From Anaerolineales bacterium (GTDB lineage: Bacteria > Chloroflexota > Anaerolineae > Anaerolineales > UBA4823), in contig PQAL01000042.1 in the NCBI GenBank assembly GCA_003105035.1, positions 39,013-103,012 of the forward strand: a stretch of 64,000 nt of DNA, read 5' to 3'. Positions 9,759 to 18,768 of the stretch are shown in pieces. The notes beneath the pieces are model-generated. The model made no database searches, was not told the DNA's origin, and saw only the letters and a list, made by a program, of their open reading frames with translations. Each line of letters starts with the position of its first letter. The stretch's first letter is position 1. A program made the position numbers and the translations under genes.

Positions 9759-10694
9759 TTACGCTGGCTTCGTGAAATCCAGGTACTGGTTCACCACCCT
9801 GAAACCGATCGATTCGTACAGGTTCCGGGCAGGCGTGTTGCTGATCCCAGTGGAGATGCACACCCGCTCCATCCCATAGGACTTCATGCGGCGCAGGCTC
9901 TCCAGCAAAGCAAGGCGGGTGAGACCCTGGCGGCGGTATTGCTCGCGTGCTCCCACCGGTCCCTGGTCTCCAATGTGGTTGAGCGGATCGATCCAGTTAT
10001 TCACTTGCGAGGCGATCACCCCCTCCGAGGTCAGGCTGACCACATCCAGGTCGCCGATATAGCCCGGCAGGCGGGTCAGGCGTAGATAATCGTCATCGCT
10101 CACATTGCCCACCGTCCAGGGTTGCCAGACCTCGCGCTCCACTGCTGCTCGGTCTGGGAGTTCTTCTTTTTTAAGCTCTCGCACCTGGTAACCAGCCGGG
10201 ATGGGCAGGTTTGGGATCGGATCCTCTAGCGAGAGCAGCATATTCACCTCGGCAAATTGGCCGCGATATGTGAAACCGTGTTCTTTTAGGAATGCCAGGC
10301 GTGGCAGGTCATCCTGGCGTCCGCCAGCTACCAGGTCTCCGCCCCACCGGTGTGCATCCCGCTGGCGCAGCTCGGCCAGGCATGCCTCTGCCCAACCCAG
10401 CGCCTCGGCTTCGATGCCTGTCCACTCGTATTCAGGCAGCACGTGCCAGTCAAATGTCGGGTCTTCCCCCAGCATGGCAAACGCCACCATCCGGTCATCC
10501 TGGTTATGCCACACACGCATGTGCTCACAGGGGTCAAGGTGGATCAAGACCATGAAATAGTTCCACAGGAACTCACCGATGTGTGGGTAGTGCCAGTCAT
10601 TGGTGTTGCGCCTGCCCACCATCAGCATGTCCAGGATATCGCGCAGGTCGCATTTGTCGTCATAGTTGCGGACTTTCACCCCGTTGGTCATCAT
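9759..10694 (-). CDS. GNAT-family N-acetyltransferase (two-lobed)
   Basis: C-terminal RRQGLTRLALLESLRRMKSYG...ARNLYESIGF acetyl-CoA motif. I chose the start at ATG 10694 (MMTNG), which is preceded by AGGAGG. The track ORF extends to 10808. Confidence 0.75.
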   Translation of the reverse strand: MMTNGVKVRNYDDKCDLRDILDMLMVGRRNTNDWHYPHIGEFLWNYFMVLIHLDPCEHMRVWHNQDDRMVAFAMLGEDPTFDWHVLPEYEWTGIEAEALGWAEACLAELRQRDAHRWGGDLVAGGRQDDLPRLAFLKEHGFTYRGQFAEVNMLLSLEDPIPNLPIPAGYQVRELKKEELPDRAAVEREVWQPWTVGNVSDDDYLRLTRLPGYIGDLDVVSLTSEGVIASQVNNWIDPLNHIGDQGPVGAREQYRRQGLTRLALLESLRRMKSYGMERVCISTGISNTPARNLYESIGFRVVNQYLDFTKPA

Positions 10695-10881
10695 TTTGTC
10701 AGCCTCCTGCAAATAGATATTATAGAGGGATTTCACCGCTGGCGTACAGTGAATGCCCCCGAATGTCACTTTCGCCGGTGTGGTCACCGGGCTTGTGCAC
10801 CAGTCCACTGTGTTTTGGGAATGTCCTGACCAGCTTACCTTTACGGCGCACCCAGACCGGGTTTCGCGTTACAATTCCAGT

Positions 10882-11559
10882 ATGGAGCGTAACGAATGGC
10901 TCAAGCAACGCCGCCACCTTTCTGAAGAGCGCTATGACCGGTTGTGGGCCCCAATTTACGACGAGCAATGGGGCAACTACATCGGTCCTCTCCACCAGCA
11001 GATGCTCACCCGCGTGCTTAATGGCCTGCCGGCCCAGGCTCTGATCCTGGATGCAGCCTGCGGGACGGGTAAATACTGGCCGATACTATCCGCCAGTGGG
11101 CGCGAGTTTGTTGGCATTGACCAGTCAGCTGCCATGCTGGAGCGTGCCCGTACGAAATTCCCCCAGGTGCCCGTTCACAAGCTGGGTTTGCAGGAGATGC
11201 GCTTTAAATCAGCCTTCGACCTGATCATCTGCATGGATGCCATGGAGAACGTCTTCCCCGAAGATTGGCCGCAGGTGCTGGCAAATTTCCGGCGGGCGCT
11301 TAAACCTGCCGGCCAGCTGTACTTCACCGTGGAGATCGCCGACCCCGCCAGCCTCGAGGCCGATTATCACTCCGCCCTGGCGAGAGGGCTGCCCGTGCTG
11401 CCTGGCGAATCGATTGGACCGACAGGCCCTGGAGATGAACAGGGGGGTTACCATTTCTACCCTTCTATGGAGCTGGTACGCCAGTGGCTATCTGCAGCCA
11501 ACTTTTCCATCCTCGAAGAAGCTGAGGCGGACGACTACCATCACTTCTGGTGCCGGTAA
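10882..11559 (+). CDS. class I SAM-dependent methyltransferase
   Basis: ILDAACGTGKY motif I. Start set at ATG 10882 (MERNEW). The longer track ORF begins at 10753. Confidence 0.8.
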   Translation: MERNEWLKQRRHLSEERYDRLWAPIYDEQWGNYIGPLHQQMLTRVLNGLPAQALILDAACGTGKYWPILSASGREFVGIDQSAAMLERARTKFPQVPVHKLGLQEMRFKSAFDLIICMDAMENVFPEDWPQVLANFRRALKPAGQLYFTVEIADPASLEADYHSALARGLPVLPGESIGPTGPGDEQGGYHFYPSMELVRQWLSAANFSILEEAEADDYHHFWCR

Positions 11560-11581
11560 TTAGAAATGGCCGATCGCGACG

Positions 11582-12544
11582 TCAAACTGGAAAGCTTCCA
11601 TTCCCCCAGGTCGCTAATCCCACCAGCAAGCCGGTCACGGTATCCATGCCCGAGGTATGCCCCTCATGTAGTGCTTCTTCAGTTGTAATTACCAACTGCT
11701 CTCTCCCTGCACATTTTGTGATTGCCGTCGCCAGGCCTGCCAACCGGCTTGAGACTTGGCCGTGCGCCGCGTGATAAAGGTATGTACGGCTGATGTCGTT
11801 CGTCTGGTGTGAAAGGCGAATGACGAGCTTCCACAATTCCCTGAGGTAAATCAAACGCATTGCATTGCTACCTGCCACACATTGTAAGCCTGTCAGGAAT
11901 CCCACCAGGAAGTCATCGCCGCTGGGGGTCAGCCCAGATCCGAGGCCGATCAATCTGGCGACGATTTTCCCAACAGACGCATCGAGGTTCCGCACAGCTT
12001 CAATGAGCTCACGGATCAATTCCCCCACTCTATTGCGTATAGTCGATTGGGCTGAATCGCCCGCATGCCACAGCTCAGCTGCCTGGATCTCTGCGTTGTA
12101 CGACCTCTGCCGTTCATTGAGTGCCTGCCATACCAAGGTCCAGGCTGCAACGACCTGCGGGGTGATGTCATCCGCCGCCAGGCTCGGCAGGCTGCACTTC
12201 CAGCGCTTCGCCGGAGCCAAGTCGATCTCAATTTGCTCCTGGTCATCGGCTAAAACCGCGCCCCGGCAGGTAAGCCAGTCACCGGCCTTGAAATACAACT
12301 CAAAGGAGAAACCCTCTGGTGTCGCCATGCGCACCCCCTGGGGTAAATCCGCACACCCGGCAGTCACCAAAGTCAGCAGCCGGTTTGATGTTATCGGCCG
12401 TAGATTTACCGCCTCATGGAATACGCTGTGCACAGTCGCATCGAAATCTTTGCGTGGCACAGCGTATCCCAAGGTGATTGCTTTTAGCTGAATCACGTAT
12501 CGTTCATCGTTCGAATGGCATTGCGTGAGCTGGCCAAGTGCCAC
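11582..12544 (-). CDS. DUF2877 (YlbF-like) protein
   Basis: 320 aa. The LIGLGSGLTPSGDDFLVGFLTGL signature is typical of DUF2877. GTG start lies 5 nt after the upstream stop. Confidence 0.65.
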   Translation of the reverse strand: MALGQLTQCHSNDERYVIQLKAITLGYAVPRKDFDATVHSVFHEAVNLRPITSNRLLTLVTAGCADLPQGVRMATPEGFSFELYFKAGDWLTCRGAVLADDQEQIEIDLAPAKRWKCSLPSLAADDITPQVVAAWTLVWQALNERQRSYNAEIQAAELWHAGDSAQSTIRNRVGELIRELIEAVRNLDASVGKIVARLIGLGSGLTPSGDDFLVGFLTGLQCVAGSNAMRLIYLRELWKLVIRLSHQTNDISRTYLYHAAHGQVSSRLAGLATAITKCAGREQLVITTEEALHEGHTSGMDTVTGLLVGLATWGNGSFPV

Positions 12545-12549
12545 TAACC

Positions 12550-12903
12550 TTACTTGATCGGCTCGAATTTTAAGCCGTATACATCTTCTCCGTATTGCTC
12601 CTTGATCGGCTCCCAGCTGGGCTTTACCTTCATGCCCACCTTCAGCTTGTCGACTGAATCGGTCTTGATCTGGCCCATGGCCTTGACCTTGTTCTCAAAT
12701 TCGGCCACTCCAATCACCAGGTAGCGTTCGTCGAAACCCCAGGGCAGGTTGAAGATGGCCGTATAGGTCAGCAAGGTGGCATTGCCTTTCGGTTTTACCA
12801 CCTCGAAATCCCGGTTTTTACATTCCAGGCAGCGGTCGTGGTAGGGGTAGTGTAGCTTTCCGCATTTCTTGCATTTATAGGCCGTGATGGCGATTTCCTT
12901 CAT
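12550..12903 (-). CDS. DUF35 zinc-ribbon/OB-fold protein (thiolase partner)
   Basis: CKKCGKLHYPYHDRCLEC is a four-Cys ribbon (CxxC-x10-CxxC), followed by an OB-like C-terminal half. ATG at 12901-12903 overlaps the thiolase TGA at 12900-12902, an ATGA junction. Confidence 0.8.
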   Translation of the reverse strand: MKEIAITAYKCKKCGKLHYPYHDRCLECKNRDFEVVKPKGNATLLTYTAIFNLPWGFDERYLVIGVAEFENKVKAMGQIKTDSVDKLKVGMKVKPSWEPIKEQYGEDVYGLKFEPIK

Positions 12904-14090
12904 GGCTGCACCCTCCTGAGGATAAAGCATAATACGTTGTTGCCGAAACCCCCAAAATTAACCGTCAGCCCGATCTCTGCGCCTTGCACTTGCCGGTTCT
13001 GGGGTAGCTCATGCCGCAGCTGCCAGACGATATCCACCACCTGGGCTACACCGGTGGCGCCCACCGGGTGACCACGCGCTTTCAGCCCGCCTGATAGGTT
13101 GATCGGTATTTGCCCACCCAGGCGTGTTTTCCCCGTCTGGGCAGCTTTACCGCCTTCGCCCTTCTTGAAGAAGCCAATGTGCTCACTCTCGGCGATCTCC
13201 AGGATGGTGAAGGCATCATGCAGCTCAGCCACGTGCACATCCGCTGGCTTGATCTTTGCCATGGCGAATGCCTGCTGGGCTGCCAGGCTGACCGCTTTCA
13301 AATCCGTTGGATCGTCGCGTTCCGCCAGTGTGTGCGTGTCGGTGGCCTGGCCGAAGCCGGCAATGACCACCGGCGTCTTGGTGAATTTTTTAGCCATCTC
13401 CAGCGGGCACAGTACTACTGCGGCGGCCCCATCACTGACGGGGCACAGGTCATACAGGTGCAGCGGGTCGGCTGAAGTGGGGTTATTGACCACGGCGTGC
13501 GGGCTATCGAAAATCCCGGCCCGGTCAAGCGCCATCTCGACATGTGCATAAGGATTGAGCGTGCCCATCTCCTGGTTCTTCAAGGAGACCGCCAGCAGGT
13601 CCTCACGGGTTACTCCATACTTTCTCATGTATAAGCGGGTAAACATGCCCGCCATGCCAGGCAGGGTGATGCCGTAAGGGTATTCCGCCTGCGGGTGGGT
13701 CATGGTGGCCACAAAATCGGTGGCGCGCCAGCCGGTCACCTCGCGCATCTTCTCGCCACCCACCACCAGCACGGTGTCGTAGTAGCCTGATGCAACCGCC
13801 AGCAGGCCGTTTTTAATCGCCGAGGCTCCTGAGGCGGGTCCATTCTCAATGGTCTCAGCCGCGGCGGGCAGCAAGCTGAGCCGGTCCACCAGCGAGCTGG
13901 CGATGGAGGTTTGATGCTGTAAAATGCCCCCACCCATGTTCGCCACATACACAGCATCGACCGATTTATCTCCCAGTCCGGCATCGTCCAGCGCTTTTAA
14001 CGCCGCGTATGCCAGCATATCCATCAGGGTGTCTTCGTCACGCCGGCCAAAGGGAATCATGCCGACGCCAACGATCGCTACGTCTCTCAT
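12900..14090 (-). CDS. thiolase-like (SCP-x/DUF35-associated type) protein lacking the nucleophilic Cys
   Basis: 396 aa. It has GGLKARGHPVGATG and NFGGFG thiolase C-terminal motifs. The expected N-x-C-A-S-G motif reads IENGPASG, with Pro85 in the Cys position. Confidence 0.8.
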   Translation of the reverse strand: MRDVAIVGVGMIPFGRRDEDTLMDMLAYAALKALDDAGLGDKSVDAVYVANMGGGILQHQTSIASSLVDRLSLLPAAAETIENGPASGASAIKNGLLAVASGYYDTVLVVGGEKMREVTGWRATDFVATMTHPQAEYPYGITLPGMAGMFTRLYMRKYGVTREDLLAVSLKNQEMGTLNPYAHVEMALDRAGIFDSPHAVVNNPTSADPLHLYDLCPVSDGAAAVVLCPLEMAKKFTKTPVVIAGFGQATDTHTLAERDDPTDLKAVSLAAQQAFAMAKIKPADVHVAELHDAFTILEIAESEHIGFFKKGEGGKAAQTGKTRLGGQIPINLSGGLKARGHPVGATGVAQVVDIVWQLRHELPQNRQVQGAEIGLTVNFGGFGNNVLCFILRRVQP

Positions 14091-14094
14091 CTCC

Positions 14095-14784
14095 TCACCT
14101 TCCTTTCAGACCGGCGATACGTTCGCGGATCGTATCATCATCTGCGAACTTGATATCAGCCATGGCTTCTTCGAGCAGGTCCTGGGGTACCGGCCGATCG
14201 CCCACTACCAGGCGTGATTTGGCAGCATTGTAGATTTCGCGCGTCAGCCGATAAGAATCGCCACCGCCCATCTCATGCGGGATCTTGGTCGGCTCCAGAG
14301 GATACTCGATCATCCAGCGCCTGAAGCCGATCGGGCTCTCGGCCACGATCAGCACTTCCTCCTGCCCGATGAAGTCCATGTGATATTCCATCTTGGCAGC
14401 AAACAGGTGCGAGCCGATGCGCAGGCCTCGGTCAATCGCCAGGGTATGGTAGCTCATACCCACTTTTGGGTTCTCCAGCCGCCCATTGACCACACCCACC
14501 AGGTAACCATCCACCTGGCCCATCAGGCAGTACTCGCTCTTCACCCGGTAGCGGTACCATGCCAGCAGCTCGCCGTACAGCCTGGCACTGACGATATCGT
14601 AATAGTCTCGCTCAATGAACATACACGGGTGAACCGATTTCAGGATCACCGGCACATCCTCGCGCCTTGCCTGGCGCACCACCATCTTCTTGCCATTGGC
14701 TAGGATGATCACTTTGGGTGGATAAGGCGGCATGGGGATCTGTTCGGGGCGTAGAACCGCTTCAAGTTCCATATCAATTGGCAT
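14095..14784 (-). CDS. hypothetical protein, possibly a divergent GNAT fold
   Basis: 229 aa. VRQARREDVPVILKSV... and AIDRGLRIGSHLFAAKM loosely resemble GNAT motifs A and B. I recognise no confident family. It sits 4 nt upstream of the thiolase-like gene. Confidence 0.4.
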   Translation of the reverse strand: MPIDMELEAVLRPEQIPMPPYPPKVIILANGKKMVVRQARREDVPVILKSVHPCMFIERDYYDIVSARLYGELLAWYRYRVKSEYCLMGQVDGYLVGVVNGRLENPKVGMSYHTLAIDRGLRIGSHLFAAKMEYHMDFIGQEEVLIVAESPIGFRRWMIEYPLEPTKIPHEMGGGDSYRLTREIYNAAKSRLVVGDRPVPQDLLEEAMADIKFADDDTIRERIAGLKGR

Positions 14785-14851
14785 ACGGGGCCTCCTAATT
14801 TACATCCAATATTGAAACTCACGGGCAGGCTGATCGCCTCCCCTGGGTTCC

Positions 14852-15733
14852 TTATTCCATATTTTTGCTGCTCAGCTTGTTGATGCGCTCGAGGTGAGCC
14901 GGGTCATAGGCATCCCCAAACTTCGTTTTCTGCATACCGGCTTTCTTGGTCATGAGTTTCTCATATTCGGCATCATCCACCATCGCCACGCAGCGCGAGA
15001 TACACGACTCGCCATCCACGAAGCGCCATGGGAACATCCCGATGGTCACCCGACCGTTGATTAGCAGGTCTATCTCACCCCCCAGGCACTCGGCATGGAT
15101 GATGCCGTATGGGAACATCTCCAGGTGCATAAGCTGGTATTTAGTGTCGTCAAAGAAGTCAGCCAGCGGCATGCCATACTTCTTCCGGAACACTTTATCG
15201 GCCTGGCGGGCCTGCCGGGGCATCCAGTCGCGGATGATGGTGTTCATCGGGTGGTCGGCACTGCCGCAGTCTACACCGATCCAGCGCAGTTTCTTCTGCT
15301 TAGCCCACACCGCAAATTCCCGGTCGGGGCCGGGGTGTTTGACCATGTAGCGAATTTCGTCGGCATTGGGCGAATCCCATCCGAAGTGATGGTAGCCGGT
15401 GTGGATGATGAGGATATCTCCCTCCCGCACCTCGACGCGCTCCTCCACCATTTGGCTGGTGTAGACGTCGTAATCCCCGCAAGCATCGCTCAGGTCAACC
15501 ACCGCCGCTTCATGGACGAGGAAATCCAGATCCAATGAAGCGATGTCTTTGCCGGGGGTATGGAAGTGGATTTCGCCATCCAGGTGGGTGCCCAGGTGGT
15601 TGGAATGGGTCAGCAGCTGCCCGTTAGCTCCATTCGGCGCCAGGCGTTTGAAATACTTGATCTGCAGCGGCTCGTACGTGGGCCAGGGTGGGGTGGCAAC
15701 CCCCAGAGGGACAGTCAGGTCGATAAATTTCAT
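14852..15733 (-). CDS. cyclase-family metal-dependent amidohydrolase (kynurenine formamidase/isatin hydrolase-like)
   Basis: 293 aa. NHLGTHLDGEIHF matches the HxGTHxDxxxH metal motif of the putative cyclase family. Confidence 0.8.
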   Translation of the reverse strand: MKFIDLTVPLGVATPPWPTYEPLQIKYFKRLAPNGANGQLLTHSNHLGTHLDGEIHFHTPGKDIASLDLDFLVHEAAVVDLSDACGDYDVYTSQMVEERVEVREGDILIIHTGYHHFGWDSPNADEIRYMVKHPGPDREFAVWAKQKKLRWIGVDCGSADHPMNTIIRDWMPRQARQADKVFRKKYGMPLADFFDDTKYQLMHLEMFPYGIIHAECLGGEIDLLINGRVTIGMFPWRFVDGESCISRCVAMVDDAEYEKLMTKKAGMQKTKFGDAYDPAHLERINKLSSKNME

Positions 15734-15791
15734 TTTTCTCTCCTTTTATGCATCATAAATTCAACACGTAGATACCCAAGGCTTGATATCT

Positions 15792-17189
15792 TTATATCTC
15801 ACTTAGTGCTTTCCACGCCTCTCGAAAACATGCTTCCGGTGCTCTGAGAATTCCTGCCCCCACCATGCCTACCCCGGGGTCTTTGTGGGCGATGCCGGTA
15901 TTGATCTGCGGCAGGATGCCGGTCTCCATCACCTTGCGTACATCGATCCCCAGCGGTGTACCGCGGAAGTTGAGCGTTGGGATGGTCAGATTCTCATGCT
16001 CACCGAAGGTGATCTCGTACATTTCAAGGGTCGTGCGGGTTGCCAACTGGGGTGTGCCGCCCACGAACTGGGTGATGGCTGGAGCAGCTGCCATCGCCAT
16101 CCCACCGTAACCCGCCGTTTCGGTGATCGTGCTGTCACCGATGTCAGGGTTCGCATCCTTTTCTGTGTATTGTGGGAAATATAATCCCTGCACCTTGCCA
16201 GCTGGTGCGGTGAACCAGCGATCGGGCATGCTCGCCAGGCGGATACCGAAGTCGGTGCCGTTGCGCGCCATCACCGTCACGATTGAGCTGCCCGCCACAC
16301 CTTCGGCTGGCTCAAGCATGGCCTTAGCGGCGGGCATGCTCAGGTTCAGGAAAAAGTGGTCATTGCGGTCGATGAACTCGATCACCCTGGCCAGTACTTC
16401 GTTATCCCGGTTGGTGCGCGCCAGTGCCGGTCCGATCGCCCGCAAGAACAATGAGGTGGCTGCCCGGTTGCGGTTGTGGCATTCATCACCCATGTGCAGG
16501 GCCTGGGCGATCAAGCTCTTGATGTTTATTCCATCAGGCAGCGATCCTAGGGCGCGGTCCAGGGCTGGATACAGGTCGCTTGCCATCCATTTAAGGCGGG
16601 CATACACCTCCTGGCCCATCCCGCCGTAGCGCAGCACTTTCCCCAACCCTTCGTTCAGTGTGCAGAAAGTCCGGTTGCCGAATGTCTTGTTCTCCAGGAT
16701 GAACACCGGCATGCTGGGCGAGACGACCCCTGCCATGGGGCCTACGGCGTGGTGATGGTGGCAGGGTGAAAATTCGATGGCACCCGAGGCTGCCAGCTTT
16801 TGAGCGGCCTGTTCATCCGGGCAGATCTCCTCGTAAATTAATGCCCCCATCACAGCCCCACGCGTCGGCCCACACATGCGCTCCCATGCAATGGGTGGAC
16901 CGGCATGCAGGATCATGCGCTCGTGCATCCCAGGGATGACCTCCCGAGCGATCCCCATCCCCACCAGCACGGGTTGGCCCCGGCGAATACGCTCAACTGC
17001 TTCCTGGTTGGCTTCGTCAATGTCGATCCCGCCTTGCGTATGCTGCAGGTGCGGGATGCCTGCCCTGGGCGGCTGCCAGTCGACGTTGATGACCTTTACT
17101 CCCTGGTCCTTGACCGACTGGGCCATGCTTTCCAGCCCCAGGTTGAGTACGGTTAATTCTTTTCCAAATAGGTCCTTGATGCCTGTCAT
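15792..17189 (-). CDS. DUF1116 (YlbE-like) protein
   Basis: 465 aa. It has the LHAGPPIAWERMCGP motif that I associate with DUF1116, and it lies directly downstream of fdrA, as in E. coli fdrA-ylbE. Confidence 0.7.
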   Translation of the reverse strand: MTGIKDLFGKELTVLNLGLESMAQSVKDQGVKVINVDWQPPRAGIPHLQHTQGGIDIDEANQEAVERIRRGQPVLVGMGIAREVIPGMHERMILHAGPPIAWERMCGPTRGAVMGALIYEEICPDEQAAQKLAASGAIEFSPCHHHHAVGPMAGVVSPSMPVFILENKTFGNRTFCTLNEGLGKVLRYGGMGQEVYARLKWMASDLYPALDRALGSLPDGINIKSLIAQALHMGDECHNRNRAATSLFLRAIGPALARTNRDNEVLARVIEFIDRNDHFFLNLSMPAAKAMLEPAEGVAGSSIVTVMARNGTDFGIRLASMPDRWFTAPAGKVQGLYFPQYTEKDANPDIGDSTITETAGYGGMAMAAAPAITQFVGGTPQLATRTTLEMYEITFGEHENLTIPTLNFRGTPLGIDVRKVMETGILPQINTGIAHKDPGVGMVGAGILRAPEACFREAWKALSEI

Positions 17190-17196
17190 TCCGTTG

Positions 17197-18768
17197 TTAT
17201 CCTCGATCTGCGATGATCATACCCGCCAGCCTGGCTGCCTGCGCGTTGCTCTCGCACACCATCACCCCCGCCTGGGTTAGCACAGATGTGGATCGGCTCA
17301 GGCATTGTGGGTCAGCCTCCGTGCCAGTCACCGAGGCCGCTACCGCGAGCTCGCGACCTTCCTTATGTGCCAATTCCCGCGCCGCGCTAACCGCCCTGGA
17401 TAGCTCACCGGCAGGGTCAGGATGTGCCCCATAGCCCAGGACTACATCGAGTAGGATCAGTGCGGTCTGTGGGTCGCTCGCTTCCTGCAGCAGGCGACGG
17501 ATGCGCAGGTCGTTATCGATCATCGGGTGCGGCCTCCCGACGGTGAATTCCTCCTCGCCCAGGTCGATTGCCGTATGCCCCTGGCTGCGAGTGGAATCTG
17601 CCAGCGTTAACCCGCCCGGTAGCGGGGCATTCGAGTACACCGGATTGATGCGCATATCCTTCCAGATCACCTGCGCCTCGTAGCACAGGGTGCCTCCCGA
17701 GAATAGCCCCCGCAGGTAACGCTGCTTGGGGCTTAGCTGCTTCCTGAGCTCGCCTGCCTGGTGTGCCAGTTGGGTGGCATCTTTAGCCAGGTATTCTTTC
17801 ACTTCCCCAAGCTCAGGCTTCACTGCCCGTGCTGCGTATAGCGCACATTCCTGCAGGGTGTGTGCATAGGTTATGTGTGGGATTTTAGTCCGATCCGCAT
17901 CATCGCCTCCCAGGAAACAGATCATGCTGGGTTTTTTGCTCTGAACCACCTGGCTCAGGATCGAATTTGCCACCGCCGGGTCAGGCGGCTTGCTGACCAG
18001 CACAAGCACCCGGGTGGCAGGGTCCTGTTGGAGCGCTTTCACGCTTTCCAGCATCATGATCCCCCCCACTTCTTTGCGCAGGTCACGCCCGCCCGTCCCG
18101 ATACCCTGGGTGATGCCCACACCCTGCCGGGCTAGCAGGCAGCTCACTTCCTGCAAGCCAGTCCCCGCGGCCGAGATGATTCCCACCGGCCCTTCCGGCA
18201 GCACGTTGGCGAATCCCAGCGCCACGTGGTTCAGGATGGCCGTCCCGGCCCCTGGCCCCATCAAGAGCAGGCCGTGCTGGCGCGCATAGGTCTTGAGGGC
18301 GATCTCATCTTCCAACGAAACATTATCGCTGAATAGCAGCACATGCAAGCCGTGGTGTAAAGCTTCCCAGGCTTCATCCGCGGCAAACCGTCCCGCCACC
18401 GAGATGACTGCCAGGTTCACGCCCGGGTTTGCAGCCAGGGCGCTCCGCATGGTCTTCGGAGTGTATTCGCTACCTTCTCCACCCCCGGTTTTTTTCTTCA
18501 ACAATGCTTCGGCTTTGGCGAGGGCGGCGATAGCCAGCGCATCACTCTCACACTTGACTGCGATCAGCAGGTCATCTGGGCTGGAGGTTTCCGCTTCCTC
18601 GCTGAGCAGCCCGGCCTCCGCCAGGATGGACAGGTTCGCCTGGGTGGCCATCACCACGGCCGCGTCGTGCACGCCTTCAAAATTCGTAAGCTCACGCGCT
18701 GCCAGCATCAGGCTGACCGAGTCATGATATTCAGCAGGTTTGATCAGGGTTCGAACGACCATTTTCAT
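17197..18768 (-). CDS. fdrA: FdrA-family acyl-CoA synthetase-like protein
   Basis: 523 aa. Long collinear similarity to E. coli FdrA as recalled: YHDSVSLM, FSDNVSLEDEIALK, GFANVLPEGPVGIISAAGTGLQE, FTVGRPHPMID, VTGTEADPQC. Its start overlaps the upstream stop as ATGA at 18765-18768. Confidence 0.85.
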   Translation of the reverse strand: MKMVVRTLIKPAEYHDSVSLMLAARELTNFEGVHDAAVVMATQANLSILAEAGLLSEEAETSSPDDLLIAVKCESDALAIAALAKAEALLKKKTGGGEGSEYTPKTMRSALAANPGVNLAVISVAGRFAADEAWEALHHGLHVLLFSDNVSLEDEIALKTYARQHGLLLMGPGAGTAILNHVALGFANVLPEGPVGIISAAGTGLQEVSCLLARQGVGITQGIGTGGRDLRKEVGGIMMLESVKALQQDPATRVLVLVSKPPDPAVANSILSQVVQSKKPSMICFLGGDDADRTKIPHITYAHTLQECALYAARAVKPELGEVKEYLAKDATQLAHQAGELRKQLSPKQRYLRGLFSGGTLCYEAQVIWKDMRINPVYSNAPLPGGLTLADSTRSQGHTAIDLGEEEFTVGRPHPMIDNDLRIRRLLQEASDPQTALILLDVVLGYGAHPDPAGELSRAVSAARELAHKEGRELAVAASVTGTEADPQCLSRSTSVLTQAGVMVCESNAQAARLAGMIIADRG

